64,000 bases of DNA from Acidimicrobiales bacterium (GCA_029246685.1 JAQWMR010000001.1:31246-95245); one strand, 5' to 3'. Positions 9,283 to 19,294 are shown, counted from the stretch's first letter. Translations and numbers: made by a program. The notes: generated from the sequence alone by a model not told the origin.

Positions 9283-10050
9283 TCAGATTTCGCCGACGAC
9301 CTGGCCGGGGTCGGGGCGGGCGTCGAACTTGATCTCACTGCTGTCGATCTCGGGGTGGTCGAGCACGACACCGAGCGACTCTGCGAGACCGGCGCCGACG
9401 TCGTCGACGTGCATCACTCCACCCGGAATCGCGAGCTCGCCCCACCGGGTGAGCGCATCGCCGAGGAGATCGAAACCCATGTGGTTGGCGAAGTCCGTCG
9501 GCATGCAGTTCCCCATCACCACACGAATGAAGCGTTGATCCGGCTTCTCGAGCCGCCACACCCGGATGCACTGATCAAGGGCGGTCTTCGTGGACGAGTA
9601 CGCGCCGAAGTACGGGTTCGCATCCTCCACCGTTCGTGAGGAGACGAAGGCACACACGCCATCGCGGTCCATGTGTGCGAGGGCAGCAGCGGCCGCTAGG
9701 TTGGCGCCGCACACGTTGACCCGAAAGACGTCGACCCACAGATCGGGGTCACACTCGTCGATCTTCTGCAGCGGGCCGTAGCCGGCCACATAGACCATCA
9801 GGTCGAGGCCGCCCATCTTCTCGACCGCCGTGGCCGCCACGCGGTCCATGTCCTCGCGAAGCGTCGCGTCGCCCGGCGCGGCATGCCCGGCGCCCATCTC
9901 CTCGACCAGCGCATCCAGCGCCTCTGCTCGACGGGCCGACACAGTGACGTCACCGCCCGCGGCGATGACCCCTTTGGCCAGCGCGGCTCCGATTCCAGAT
10001 GACGCACCCACCACGAGCACTCGGCGACCTGCAAGGACATGATCAGTCAT
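9283..10050 (-). CDS. SDR family oxidoreductase
   Basis: Internal ATG at 10050 gives 'MTDHVLAGRRVLVVGASSGIGAALAKG', a Rossmann N-terminus. Confidence 0.75.
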   Translation of the reverse strand: MTDHVLAGRRVLVVGASSGIGAALAKGVIAAGGDVTVSARRAEALDALVEEMGAGHAAPGDATLREDMDRVAATAVEKMGGLDLMVYVAGYGPLQKIDECDPDLWVDVFRVNVCGANLAAAAALAHMDRDGVCAFVSSRTVEDANPYFGAYSSTKTALDQCIRVWRLEKPDQRFIRVVMGNCMPTDFANHMGFDLLGDALTRWGELAIPGGVMHVDDVGAGLAESLGVVLDHPEIDSSEIKFDARPDPGQVVGEI

Positions 10051-10151
10051 GGCCAGATCATGCTCCACCGGCGCCAGCGCCGCGAAGTCTCGGCCTAGAC
10101 GGGATCCCCGCAGTCCGTGAACCAGGTGAACTGACCGTTGACTCGCTGCCA

Positions 10152-10427
10152 ATGAATGGTCCGGGGGATCTCCTGCTCGAGGACGTTTCCTCAGTCGAAG
10201 ATCCTCCGAATGTGACGCGGCTGACGCTCGACGATCTCGATGTCGTGATCGTCGAACTCGACGACGACCGGACGTTCCTGACGTTCACATGCGGTGACTA
10301 TGTGTTCGCGCTCACCATCGGCGAACTGACCTCACCTACCGCCGATGAGGCCGGCATCCTCGGAAACCAAGCCGTCGGCATCGCCGCCGCGCTCCCTTGT
10401 CAACCCGGAGAGCCGCCGATCGGCTGA
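10152..10427 (+). CDS. Hypothetical 91-aa protein (possibly a gene remnant)
   Basis: In-frame ATG with coding-like third-position G/C bias. No recognisable motifs. Confidence 0.3.
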   Translation: MNGPGDLLLEDVSSVEDPPNVTRLTLDDLDVVIVELDDDRTFLTFTCGDYVFALTIGELTSPTADEAGILGNQAVGIAAALPCQPGEPPIG

Positions 10428-10460
10428 CGCACCCCGGCACCCCGCTGGTAGAACAGAGCC

Positions 10461-11243
10461 GTGCTGATCGTCGTTTCGCCTGCCAAGTCGCTCGACTTCG
10501 AGTCCAAGCTGCCCACGAAGAAGCACTCCGAGCCACGAATGCTCGACGACGCCGCCCAGCTCGTGGAGGTCATGTCGGACAAGTCGCCCGACGAGATCTC
10601 CAAGATGATGAGCGTCTCCGACTCGCTCGGCGAGCTCAACCACGAACGGTTCCAGGAGTGGGAAGCGCCGTTCACGACCGACAACGCCCGCCCGGCGGTC
10701 CTCGCGTTCACCGGCGACGTCTACATGGGCATGCAGGCGAGTTCCTTCACCGAGCGCGAGTTCACCCATGCTCAGAAGGTTCTGCGAATCCTCTCCGGGC
10801 TCTACGGCGTGCTCCGCCCGCTCGATCTCATGCAGCCGTACCGGCTCGAGATGGGATCAACGGTCACCACGGCGCGGGGCAAGGACCTCTATGCGTTCTG
10901 GGGCGACACGATCACGGATCAGATCAACGCCGACCTCGCCGAGTCCCCCGGGTCCAATGCGCTGATCAACCTGGCGTCGAACGAGTACTTCAACTCGGTC
11001 GTGGCCTCGAAGCTCGACGGCCGCCTCGTCAGCCCCGTCTTCCTCGACTCGAAGGACGACGGCGAGCCGAAGATCATTAGCTTCTTCGCCAAGCGAGCGC
11101 GCGGCTCGATGACGGGTTGGATCATCCGCAACCGGATCAAGTCCCCCCGGGCGCTGCGCGACTTCGCCGAGGACGGCTACCGCTACGACCCCGATCGCAG
11201 CCAGAGCGAACGCCCCGTCTTCGTCCGCCACGCCGAATCCTGA
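10461..11243 (+). CDS. yaaA: Peroxide stress protein YaaA (UPF0246/DUF328)
   Basis: 'MLIVVSPAKSLDF...LAFTGDVY...LSGLYGVLRPLDLMQPYRLEMG' closely parallels E. coli YaaA as I remember it. Confidence 0.85.
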   Translation: MLIVVSPAKSLDFESKLPTKKHSEPRMLDDAAQLVEVMSDKSPDEISKMMSVSDSLGELNHERFQEWEAPFTTDNARPAVLAFTGDVYMGMQASSFTEREFTHAQKVLRILSGLYGVLRPLDLMQPYRLEMGSTVTTARGKDLYAFWGDTITDQINADLAESPGSNALINLASNEYFNSVVASKLDGRLVSPVFLDSKDDGEPKIISFFAKRARGSMTGWIIRNRIKSPRALRDFAEDGYRYDPDRSQSERPVFVRHAES

Positions 11244-11248
11244 GGACG

Positions 11249-12466
11249 TCAGGGCACCTCGGGGTGCTGCTGGGGTTCGAGGTGGAGGTGGTCGCCGGTC
11301 CAGGGGTTGGCGCGGGCGACTTCCTCGTTGAGCGCTGAGCCGATGCCCGGTTCGGTGGGCGGGACGATGTAGCCGTTGTCGAGCGCGATCGGGGTGGTCA
11401 GCAGCTCGTTGTGGAAGCCGCTGAAGTCACGGATTGCCTCGAGGATCAGGAAATTCGGGGTACAGGTGGCGAACTGGATGTTGGCCAGCGCCTCGATCGG
11501 TCCGCAGTAGAGGTGGGGTGCCATCTGGACGTAATGGGTCTCCGCGATCGCCGCGATCTTCTTGGCTTCGAGGATGCCGCCGCACCTTCCGAGCGCCGGC
11601 TGCAGGATCGCCGCGGCACCGGCCTCCACGACACGGGCGAACTCCCACTTGGTTGTGAGCCGCTCGCCGGTTGCGACCGGAATCGAGGTGCCGCGGGCGA
11701 CGCGGGCCATCTCCTCCACGTTCTCGGGAGGCACTGGTTCCTCGAACCACAGCGGGTCGTACGGCTCGATCGCCTGGGCGAGCCGGATCGCTCCGGCGGC
11801 GGTGAACTGACCGTGAGTGCCGAACAGCAGATCCGCCTTGGTGCCGACCGCCTCGCGGATCGCGGCGCAGAACGCGGCCGATCGTTCGATGGCTTCGAGG
11901 GGCGGCATGTAGCCGTCGTAGACGGTGTAGGGCCCGGCCGGATCGAACTTCACGGCAGTGAACCCAAGATTCTCGACCTCTTCGGCCGCGCGCTGCGCAG
12001 CCACGTCGGGGTCGAGGTACACCGAGGTGGTGTCGTACTGGTAGACGTCGACCGCTTCGTCCGGCGTGGGATAGAGGTACGTGTAGGCGCGGAGCCGGTC
12101 GTGGACCTTGCCGCCGAGCAACTCGTAGACGGGCACGCCGTGGGCCTTGCCGACGATGTCCCACAGGGCACACTCGATGCCGCTGAGCACTGAGCCGAGT
12201 GAGATGTCGGGCCTGAGCGTGTAGCCGGCGCCGTAGACCTCCCGCCACATTCGTTCGATGTGGTGCGGGTCGTTGCCGACGATGTGGCGCTCGCAGACGT
12301 CTTCCGTCATACGGGCGACCACGTCCGGGCTGAACGTGGCGGTATAGACCTCGCCGTACCCGACGATGCCGTCGTCGGTCACCAGCTTCACGAAAATGAA
12401 GTAGCGCCCGCCCATCGACGGCGGCGGGTTGCCGACGACGAACGTCTCGAACGACTCGATCTTCAT
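11249..12466 (-). CDS. Enolase-superfamily dehydratase (mandelate racemase/muconate lactonizing family, galactonate-dehydratase-like)
   Basis: 'MKIESFETFVVGNPPP..GGRYFIFVKLVTDDGIVGYGEVY' is a typical N-terminus. ATGA overlap with the upstream ADH gene. Confidence 0.8.
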   Translation of the reverse strand: MKIESFETFVVGNPPPSMGGRYFIFVKLVTDDGIVGYGEVYTATFSPDVVARMTEDVCERHIVGNDPHHIERMWREVYGAGYTLRPDISLGSVLSGIECALWDIVGKAHGVPVYELLGGKVHDRLRAYTYLYPTPDEAVDVYQYDTTSVYLDPDVAAQRAAEEVENLGFTAVKFDPAGPYTVYDGYMPPLEAIERSAAFCAAIREAVGTKADLLFGTHGQFTAAGAIRLAQAIEPYDPLWFEEPVPPENVEEMARVARGTSIPVATGERLTTKWEFARVVEAGAAAILQPALGRCGGILEAKKIAAIAETHYVQMAPHLYCGPIEALANIQFATCTPNFLILEAIRDFSGFHNELLTTPIALDNGYIVPPTEPGIGSALNEEVARANPWTGDHLHLEPQQHPEVP

Positions 12467-13554
12467 GAGCGCTCTCCGAACACGATGACGTTGCGACGGG
12501 CCTCGCCCCGCTTCACCGCGTCGATGGCCTCGTTGATCTCCTCGAGCGGATACGTCTTCGTAACGAGCTCGTCGAGTTTCAGACGGCCGTCCTCGTAGAG
12601 CGACACGAGCAGCGGGATGTCGACCGGCAGCCGGCTCGAACCCATTTTCGAGCCGAGGACCCGCTGGCCCATCCCGGCGATCGTCGTCGCGTCGAACTCC
12701 ACCATCACGCCGGTGGCGGTCATGCCGACGATCACGACGGCTCCGCCGGGCGCGGCGAGGGCGAACCCCTGCTCGATCGCCGGCTTCGCTCCGACGGTGA
12801 CGAACACATAGTCGGCCCCGATGCCCCCGGTCAGGGCCTGCACCTGAGCGACCGCGTCGTCGGCGCCAGACACACCCGCCGTGGCGCCGAACTCACGTGC
12901 CGCCTCGAGCTTGTCGTCAGCCAGATCGATCGCGATCACGGAACCGGCGCCGGAGATTGCCGCTCCCTGGACCGCGTTGAGGCCGACGCCGCCGCACCCG
13001 ATCACCACGACGTTGCTGCCCGGCTCGACCTGGGCGGTGTTGGTGACAGCACCGAACCCGGTGATCACGCCGCACCCGAGTAGCGATGCGCTGGCGACGG
13101 GAATGTCGTCCGGTATCGGAACGACCTGCGACGAGTCGAGAAGCGCCTCCTCGGCGAACGTGCCGGTCTTCAGGCCGTGGACGAGCGACTCGCCGTCGAC
13201 GTCGGTAAGAGGTCGGGTGGCGTCGATCGTGAACCGCCCCGTGCAGTTGACCGGCATTCCCCGCTGACAGGAGGGGCACGAGCCACAGCTGCGGATCAGC
13301 GAGATGACCACGCGATCACCGACCGCGACGTTGTCGACACCATCTCCGATGGCCGACACCGTGCCCACGGCCTCGTGGCCGTAGATCGTCGGGAGGCGGC
13401 CGCCCCAGGCGCCGTCGATGAAGTGGATGTCGGAGTGGCAGATCGCGCACGCCTCGACGTCCACCTTGACCTGGCCGGCGCCGGGCGCGGCCACGGTGAT
13501 CTCCTCGATGGAGAGCGGTGCTCCGAACTCACGGCACACGGCGGCTTTGACCAT
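12463..13554 (-). CDS. Zinc-dependent alcohol dehydrogenase (class III-like)
   Basis: 'VDVEACAICHSDIH', structural-Zn Cys cluster 'CGSCPSCQRG', and 'VVIGCGGVGLNAVQGA' NAD motif. Confidence 0.85.
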   Translation of the reverse strand: MVKAAVCREFGAPLSIEEITVAAPGAGQVKVDVEACAICHSDIHFIDGAWGGRLPTIYGHEAVGTVSAIGDGVDNVAVGDRVVISLIRSCGSCPSCQRGMPVNCTGRFTIDATRPLTDVDGESLVHGLKTGTFAEEALLDSSQVVPIPDDIPVASASLLGCGVITGFGAVTNTAQVEPGSNVVVIGCGGVGLNAVQGAAISGAGSVIAIDLADDKLEAAREFGATAGVSGADDAVAQVQALTGGIGADYVFVTVGAKPAIEQGFALAAPGGAVVIVGMTATGVMVEFDATTIAGMGQRVLGSKMGSSRLPVDIPLLVSLYEDGRLKLDELVTKTYPLEEINEAIDAVKRGEARRNVIVFGERS

Positions 13555-13615
13555 GCGCGCACGCTAATCCGCCGCCCCTTCGCTCGCCGCCCTCGCGGCC
13601 CCTAACCTCACGCCC

Positions 13616-14464
13616 ATGATCCCCGTCATGCACCGGGCCGACGATCCGGACGAGATCACCGCCAGACTCACCGAGAACGGCGCAGTAATCATCGAGGACT
13701 TCCTCGCCCCCGAAGCAGTCGCCGCCATCAATGCCGAGCTCGGCCCGGTCGTCGATGCCGACGACCCGACCACGCGCGAATTCATCAACCCGTTCATTGC
13801 CGACTTCTTCGGCACGAAGGTCAAGCACGTCACTGGCTTGGCCTCGCGATCGACGACGTTCATCGACGACGTGCTGCTCCATCCGATCTACGAGCAGACG
13901 TGTGAGCGAATCCTCGGCCTCAACTGCGCTGAGTGGACGCTCAACATCGGTCATCTTCTTCAGCGCGGCCCAGGAGCGGAGCAGCAGTACGTCCACCGTG
14001 ACCAGGACGTCTGGAACTTCCTGCCAAAGCCCCATCCCGAGGTGCAAGTTGCCTCAATCGTCGCGCTGACCGACTTCACCGCAGACAACGGCGCGACGCG
14101 ATTGGTCCCGGCCAGCAACCACTGGGACGACGATCGCTACCCCACGGACGATGAGTTGATCGTCGCAGAGATGCCTGCCGGCGCGGCCGTTCTCTACCTT
14201 GGCTCCACGTTCCACGCCGGCGGTACGAACTGCACGGCCGACGAATGGCGCAGAGGATTCCATCTCAGCTTCGTCGTGGGCTGGCTACGAACCGAGGAGA
14301 ACAACGTGCTCGCCACGCCGCCGGACGTCGCTCGCACCCTGCCGCTCCGGGCCCAGGAGCTGATCGGCTACAAGGCCCACGACGCGATCGCGACAGGGGG
14401 CGGCTACCTCGGTGTCGTCGACGTACGCCACCCCACCGACCTCCTGGCCACCGGCGAACTGTGA
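13616..14464 (+). CDS. Phytanoyl-CoA dioxygenase (PhyH) family Fe(II)/2-oxoglutarate oxygenase
   Basis: 282 aa. 'QQYVHRDQD' (HxD), 'ATRLVPASNHW', 'GSTFHAGGTN'. Confidence 0.7.
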   Translation: MIPVMHRADDPDEITARLTENGAVIIEDFLAPEAVAAINAELGPVVDADDPTTREFINPFIADFFGTKVKHVTGLASRSTTFIDDVLLHPIYEQTCERILGLNCAEWTLNIGHLLQRGPGAEQQYVHRDQDVWNFLPKPHPEVQVASIVALTDFTADNGATRLVPASNHWDDDRYPTDDELIVAEMPAGAAVLYLGSTFHAGGTNCTADEWRRGFHLSFVVGWLRTEENNVLATPPDVARTLPLRAQELIGYKAHDAIATGGGYLGVVDVRHPTDLLATGEL

Positions 14465-15627
14465 CAGCCGCCAACTGGAGTTTCCCGACCGCGATCCGGT
14501 TCGGGGCCGGACGCGTCGCCGAGACCGCCGAGGCGTGTGAGTCCGCTGGCATGCGGCGTCCGCTCGTGGTCACCGACCCGGGCATGGCGGACCTGCCGTT
14601 GCTCGCGACGCTGAGGGATCACCTCGACGCTGCGGGAGTCAGCCACGGGGTGTTCACGGACCTCCGCCCTAACCCGCTCGGTGCCGATGTCGCTGCGGGG
14701 GTCATCGCGTTCCGTGCCGGCGACCACGATGGCGTGATCGCATTCGGGGGCGGCTCCGCGCTGGACGTCGGCAAGCTCGTGGCGTTCATGGCGGGCCAGA
14801 GCCGACCACTGTGGTATTTCGAGGACGTGGGCGACAACTGGACCCGCGCCGACGCCGACGCGATCGCGCCGGTGATCGCCGTGCCGACAACGGCAGGGAC
14901 CGGCAGCGAGGTGGGCCGGGCCGGCGTGGTCATCAACGAGACCGAGTGCCGGAAGTTCGTCGCGTTCCATCCGGGCATGCTCGCCAAGGTCGTGATCTGT
15001 GATCCGGAGCTGACCATCGGACTTCCGCCAGTGCTCACCGTGGGCACCGGAATCGATGCCTTCTCCCATTGCCTGGAGGCGCTCTGCGCGCCGGGCTACC
15101 ACCCGATGGCTGATGGCATCGCGATCGAAGGGTGCCGGTTGGTGATCGAGCACCTGCCCCGCGTGGTCGCCGACCCGACCGACATCGAGAGCCGCGGCCA
15201 CATGATGTCGGCGGCAGCGATGGGCGCCGTCGCCTTCCAGAAGGGGCTCGGCGCGATTCACGCCATCTCCCACCCGGTCAGCGTTCGGTGGCACACCCAC
15301 CACGGCATGACCAACGCTGTTCTCATGCCCTACGTGCTCGAGGCGAACGCCGATCACATTGCCGACCGGCTCGACCGGCTCGCCGCCTACGCCGGAATCA
15401 GCGGCGGCGCGAGCGGCCTCCACGCGCACGTCCTCGGTTGGCGTGACTCGCTGGCGGTGCCGCACACCCTCGTGGAGCTCGGCGCCGACCCAGCTGCCGC
15501 GGCGGACGTCGCGGCTGACGCGGTGAAGGAACCACCGGCCGCCGGCAACCCCCGGGAACTCACCGAAGAACTGGCCGCGGCGATCTACACCGCCGCTTGT
15601 GAAGGAGCACTCCATGGAACTCGATGA
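14461..15627 (+). CDS. Iron-containing (group III) alcohol dehydrogenase
   Basis: GTG at 14461 overlaps the upstream TGA. 'VIAFGGGSALDVGK', 'VIAVPTTAGTGSE', and His-rich metal site 'AISHPV...HHG'. Confidence 0.8.
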   Translation: MTAANWSFPTAIRFGAGRVAETAEACESAGMRRPLVVTDPGMADLPLLATLRDHLDAAGVSHGVFTDLRPNPLGADVAAGVIAFRAGDHDGVIAFGGGSALDVGKLVAFMAGQSRPLWYFEDVGDNWTRADADAIAPVIAVPTTAGTGSEVGRAGVVINETECRKFVAFHPGMLAKVVICDPELTIGLPPVLTVGTGIDAFSHCLEALCAPGYHPMADGIAIEGCRLVIEHLPRVVADPTDIESRGHMMSAAAMGAVAFQKGLGAIHAISHPVSVRWHTHHGMTNAVLMPYVLEANADHIADRLDRLAAYAGISGGASGLHAHVLGWRDSLAVPHTLVELGADPAAAADVAADAVKEPPAAGNPRELTEELAAAIYTAACEGALHGTR

Positions 15628-16957
15628 CCTCCGCGCCCAAGTGGCCGCCGGCGAGATCGACTCCGTCGTCGTCGGCTTCACCGATCACTACGGCCGCACG
15701 ATGGGAAAGGTTTTCGACGCAGACTTCTTCCTCGACAGCTGCGTAGAGGACGGCACCCACGCCTGCGACTACCTCCTCACGGTCGACATGGAGATGGAGC
15801 CTGTAGAGGGCTACGCCTTCACCAACTGGGAGTCGGGCTACGGCGACTTCCACCTCGTGCCGGATCTCGACACGCTCCGACCCGCGGCGTGGACCACCGG
15901 CACCGCCTTCGTTCTGTGCGATGTGATCGACGATGCGTCGCACACGCCGGTTGCCGTGGCACCGCGATCGATCCTGCGGGCCCAACTTGACCAGCTCGCG
16001 GAAGCCGGTTTCACAGCCGCCGCCGCGAGCGAACTCGAGTTCTACCTCTTCCGCGACAGCTTCCGGGCTGCGTATGAGAAGGGGTATCGAGACCTGGAGT
16101 CGGCCGGCTGGTACGTCGAGGACTACCACTTGCTTCAGGCGAGCCGGGTCGAGAACTACGTCGGCGCGGCCCGTCGGGCCCTTCGCGACAGCGAGATCCC
16201 CGTCGAGAACTCCAAGGGTGAGGCGGCGATCGGGCAACACGAGCTCAACGTCCGCTACACCGACGCGCTGACCATGGCCGATCGTCATGTCGTCATGAAG
16301 CAGGCGATGAAGGCGCTGGCCGACAGCCAGGGCGTGAGCGTCACGTTCATGGCCAAGCCCGACGCCGCGCAGCCGGGGAACAGCTGCCACATTCATCTGT
16401 CGCTCTGGGCCGACGCGGCCAATGCATTCGCCGAGGGAGACGGTCGCTCCGACATCTTCCGTTGGTTCCTCGGCGGCTGGATGCACCACGCCGCCGATCT
16501 GATGGTCTGCTACGCCCCGACCGTCAACAGCTACAAGCGCTATCAGGATCAGTCCTGGGCGCCGACTCGGATCGCGTGGTCGACCGACAACCGCACCGCT
16601 GGCTTCCGAATCGTCGGCACGGGCTCGAGCTTGCGCATCGAGAACCGGATTCCCGGAGCGGACGTGAACCCCTATCTCGCGTACGCCGCCGCGATCGCGA
16701 GCGGGCTCGACGGTATTCGCAATCAGATCGAGCCGCCGCCGGAGTTCTCGGGCGACGTGTACGCGGCCGACGACATCGCCACCGTGCCCACGTCGCTCGG
16801 TGAGGCGCACGCGCGTTTCGTCGCGAGCGGCGACGCCCGCCGACTCCTTGGCGACGCCGTCGTCGACCACTACGGCCACCATCTCGGCCAGGAGGTTGCC
16901 GCCGCCAACGCGGCCGTCACCGACTGGGAGATGCGGCGCTATTTCGAACGGATCTGA
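15614..16957 (+). CDS. Glutamine synthetase family protein (GlnA3/GlnA4-like gamma-glutamyl-amine ligase)
   Basis: ATG at 15614 follows GAAGGAG. 'NSKGEAAIGQHELNVRY', 'GNSCHIHLSLW', 'NSYKR', 'NRTAGFRIVG...RIENRIPGADVNPYL'. Confidence 0.8.
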   Translation: MELDDLRAQVAAGEIDSVVVGFTDHYGRTMGKVFDADFFLDSCVEDGTHACDYLLTVDMEMEPVEGYAFTNWESGYGDFHLVPDLDTLRPAAWTTGTAFVLCDVIDDASHTPVAVAPRSILRAQLDQLAEAGFTAAAASELEFYLFRDSFRAAYEKGYRDLESAGWYVEDYHLLQASRVENYVGAARRALRDSEIPVENSKGEAAIGQHELNVRYTDALTMADRHVVMKQAMKALADSQGVSVTFMAKPDAAQPGNSCHIHLSLWADAANAFAEGDGRSDIFRWFLGGWMHHAADLMVCYAPTVNSYKRYQDQSWAPTRIAWSTDNRTAGFRIVGTGSSLRIENRIPGADVNPYLAYAAAIASGLDGIRNQIEPPPEFSGDVYAADDIATVPTSLGEAHARFVASGDARRLLGDAVVDHYGHHLGQEVAAANAAVTDWEMRRYFERI

Positions 16958-17026
16958 CGTGGATCCTGTTCGACCGCTCGGTGCCGATGATCGCCGAGCG
17001 CTCATGGGTCAGGCTCTCGCGGCCGA

Positions 17027-17473
17027 TTGGAGCGGTTGAGTTTCGAGGGTCACCAAACGTGCCCCCACAGTCGGGCGCTCGTGGAGTCGACGATCTGTGG
17101 GATCTGCGGCAAGAGCGCGTTCGAAGACGTTGCCGCGCCGGTCATCCGGGAACGCCAGAAGTCGTGGACCACGCTGGTCGAGCAGGGCGACCCGAAGAAG
17201 GTCAGCATCGTGTTCGGGCTTCTCCTCCCGGTCGCGGTAGCTGCCGTCTTCGTACTGACGCGACCTGACGCGACTGTCACGACGACCGAGCTCCCCCCGC
17301 CGGACCCCGACGCCGTCCCGGTCCGAGAGCACGTCGAGCCGCAGGACTCGGCACCTCCCTCTGTCGATAGCGCTAACCGCGAGGGCGACATCATCACTCC
17401 GAGAGCTCCACGAGAGGTCACCGACACGTTGCGGGCATGGCGACGATCCATCGTCGACCAAGGTGGCAGATGA
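17027..17473 (+). CDS. Hypothetical zinc-ribbon/single-TM protein
   Basis: 'CPHS...CGICG' Cys pairs, one hydrophobic span 'VSIVFGLLLPVAVAAVFVL', and a Pro-rich tail. Coding-like codon bias. Confidence 0.4.
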   Translation: MERLSFEGHQTCPHSRALVESTICGICGKSAFEDVAAPVIRERQKSWTTLVEQGDPKKVSIVFGLLLPVAVAAVFVLTRPDATVTTTELPPPDPDAVPVREHVEPQDSAPPSVDSANREGDIITPRAPREVTDTLRAWRRSIVDQGGR

Positions 17474-17523
17474 AATACGACAGGGTATCCTGGGGCAATT
17501 CCGGACCTCTTCAGGAGCCCCCG

Positions 17524-18108
17524 ATGGCGATCGAACTACCCGCGCTGCCCTATGCCGACAACGCCCTCGATCCTCACATCAGTGAGCGGACGATCTCGTT
17601 TCACTACGGTAAGCACCACGCGGCGTACGTCAACAACCTCAACGGGTTGATCGAGGGCACCGACCTCGCCGACGCATCACTCGACGAGATCGTGTCGAAC
17701 GCCGAGCCCGGCGGACTGTTCAACAACGCCGCGCAAGTCTGGAACCACACGTTCTACTGGAACTCGATGTCCCCCGACGGTGGTGGGGATCCCTCCGGTG
17801 AACTGGCTGCCGCGATCGAGTCGAGCTTCGGCTCGATCGACTCGTTCAAGGAGCAGTTCAAGGCGGACGCGGTCGGCAACTTCGGCTCCGGCTGGACCTG
17901 GCTCGTGCGTGAGGGCGACGGTCTCGCGATCGCCAAGACCGACGACGCCGACACCCCCCTCGCGCACGGCAAGACGGCGCTGCTGACGATCGACGTGTGG
18001 GAGCACGCCTACTACCTCGACTACCAGAACGCCCGCCCGGCCTACGTCGACACCTTCATCGAACGCCTCCTCAACTGGCAGTTCGCCGAAGCCAACTTCA
18101 TCCCCTAA
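17524..18108 (+). CDS. sodB: Fe-type superoxide dismutase
   Basis: 'MAIELPALPYA...HYGKHH...FNNAAQVWNHTFYWNS...GSGWTWLV...DVWEHAYYLDY' is near-collinear with E. coli SodB as I remember it. Confidence 0.9.
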   Translation: MAIELPALPYADNALDPHISERTISFHYGKHHAAYVNNLNGLIEGTDLADASLDEIVSNAEPGGLFNNAAQVWNHTFYWNSMSPDGGGDPSGELAAAIESSFGSIDSFKEQFKADAVGNFGSGWTWLVREGDGLAIAKTDDADTPLAHGKTALLTIDVWEHAYYLDYQNARPAYVDTFIERLLNWQFAEANFIP

Positions 18109-18142
18109 CCGCTACAACAGGTGTCAGACACCCGCTACATCT
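18109..18142. repeat. Dispersed repeat, copy 3 (inverted orientation)
   Basis: CCGCTACAACAGGTGTCAGACACCCGCTACATCT. The core reverse complement lies at 18120-18140. It begins directly after the sodB TAA (18106-18108). Confidence 0.8.
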
Positions 18143-18762
18143 TCCGCCGTAGGACGATCTCCTCGTATTCGAGGATGTCAGTGAAGCCGATCTTGGTGTA
18201 GATCCGACGGGCCGGCGTGTTCGCCGAGGACGTGGGTGCCGGCCGCGGCGATCAGTGAGTCGGGATCGCCAGGATCAGGGATCTCGACGAACGTGTCGTC
18301 CGCGAGCATCGACTCGAGGAAGAAGACGGCGTCTGGATCCTGATCGGCTGCGGTGCGGAATCCGCTGGAATCAGCAGCGGGAAGCGGCACGACGCCCACG
18401 GGCTCGGGCAGCCGGGTCAGGTCACTGAGCACGCACTTCACGTGGACCCCCCAGTCCTCGATCTCGGTCACGGCGCCGACCGCTGCAGCGAGACCGATCG
18501 GGCCGGTGATCATCGTGTTGTCCGGGACTTCGTCGAGCAGCTCGAGTAGTAGCACCAGCGTTCCCGGCTCGTCATGGGACGTGATCGCATAGACCGTCCG
18601 CTCCTCACCCAGCGCCACGAGACCGACCGTCGCGTCTCCCCGCCGGAACCATCGACTCCCCGACCAGAACGGTTCCTCCAAGTCGGCAAGGCCGTACGGG
18701 TGCACGGCCGGAGCCGAACCGAACAGGGCCCCCAGCTCGTCGGGATCGTCCACTTCTCGCAT
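18135..18762 (-). pseudogene. GNAT-family acetyltransferase remnant (internal deletion/frameshift removes the acetyl-CoA-binding core)
   Basis: The N-terminal ~190 aa are intact up to '...LIAAAGTHVLGEHA'. A different frame then encodes the typical GNAT C-terminus 'ARRIYTKIGFTDILEYEEIVLRRKM*', ending at the TAG inside repeat copy 3. The R/QxxGxG/A segment expected between them is absent. Confidence 0.5.
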
Positions 18763-18796
18763 GGCTCGGACGGTAGATCGCGTGCCAGCATGCGGT

Positions 18797-19294
18797 ATGG
18801 GACTCCTCACCACAAAGCCGCCGGACTGGATTCACGACGCACCGTTCCAGGCCAGCGCCACGCGAGACATGGACGCCTCGCCGGCCGAGGTCTTCGCCGC
18901 CCTCACGGACCACGAGAACTGGCCGGAATGGTTCAAGACCATCACGAAGGTCGAACGCTTCGGTGACCAACACGAGGGCGTCGGTTCCAACCGTCGCGTG
19001 TTCATCAACAAGCGGGTCTCGATTGACGAGGAGTTCAACGTCTGGGAGCCGAATGAGCGGTGGGGCTTCACGATCCTGTCGGCCACGATCGGCGGCCTGA
19101 AGTCGATGAACGAGCTCGTGACGATCGAAGACCTGGGAGGCGACCGCTCTCGCGTCACCTACATGATGGGCATCGAGCCGAAGTTCCCCATCTCCGTGCT
19201 GCTCAAAGTGGGCGGGAAGGCCATGAACAAGAACCTGTCCGACGCGTTGGACAACCTCGGCCCCTACATCGCCGCCCGGAGGGAGAACGCCTGA
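18797..19294 (+). CDS. SRPBCC (START/polyketide-cyclase-like) family protein
   Basis: '...ASPAEVFAALTDHENWPEWFKTITKVERFG...' is typical of SRPBCC proteins. The start is 18797 or 18761. Confidence 0.6.
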   Translation: MGLLTTKPPDWIHDAPFQASATRDMDASPAEVFAALTDHENWPEWFKTITKVERFGDQHEGVGSNRRVFINKRVSIDEEFNVWEPNERWGFTILSATIGGLKSMNELVTIEDLGGDRSRVTYMMGIEPKFPISVLLKVGGKAMNKNLSDALDNLGPYIAARRENA

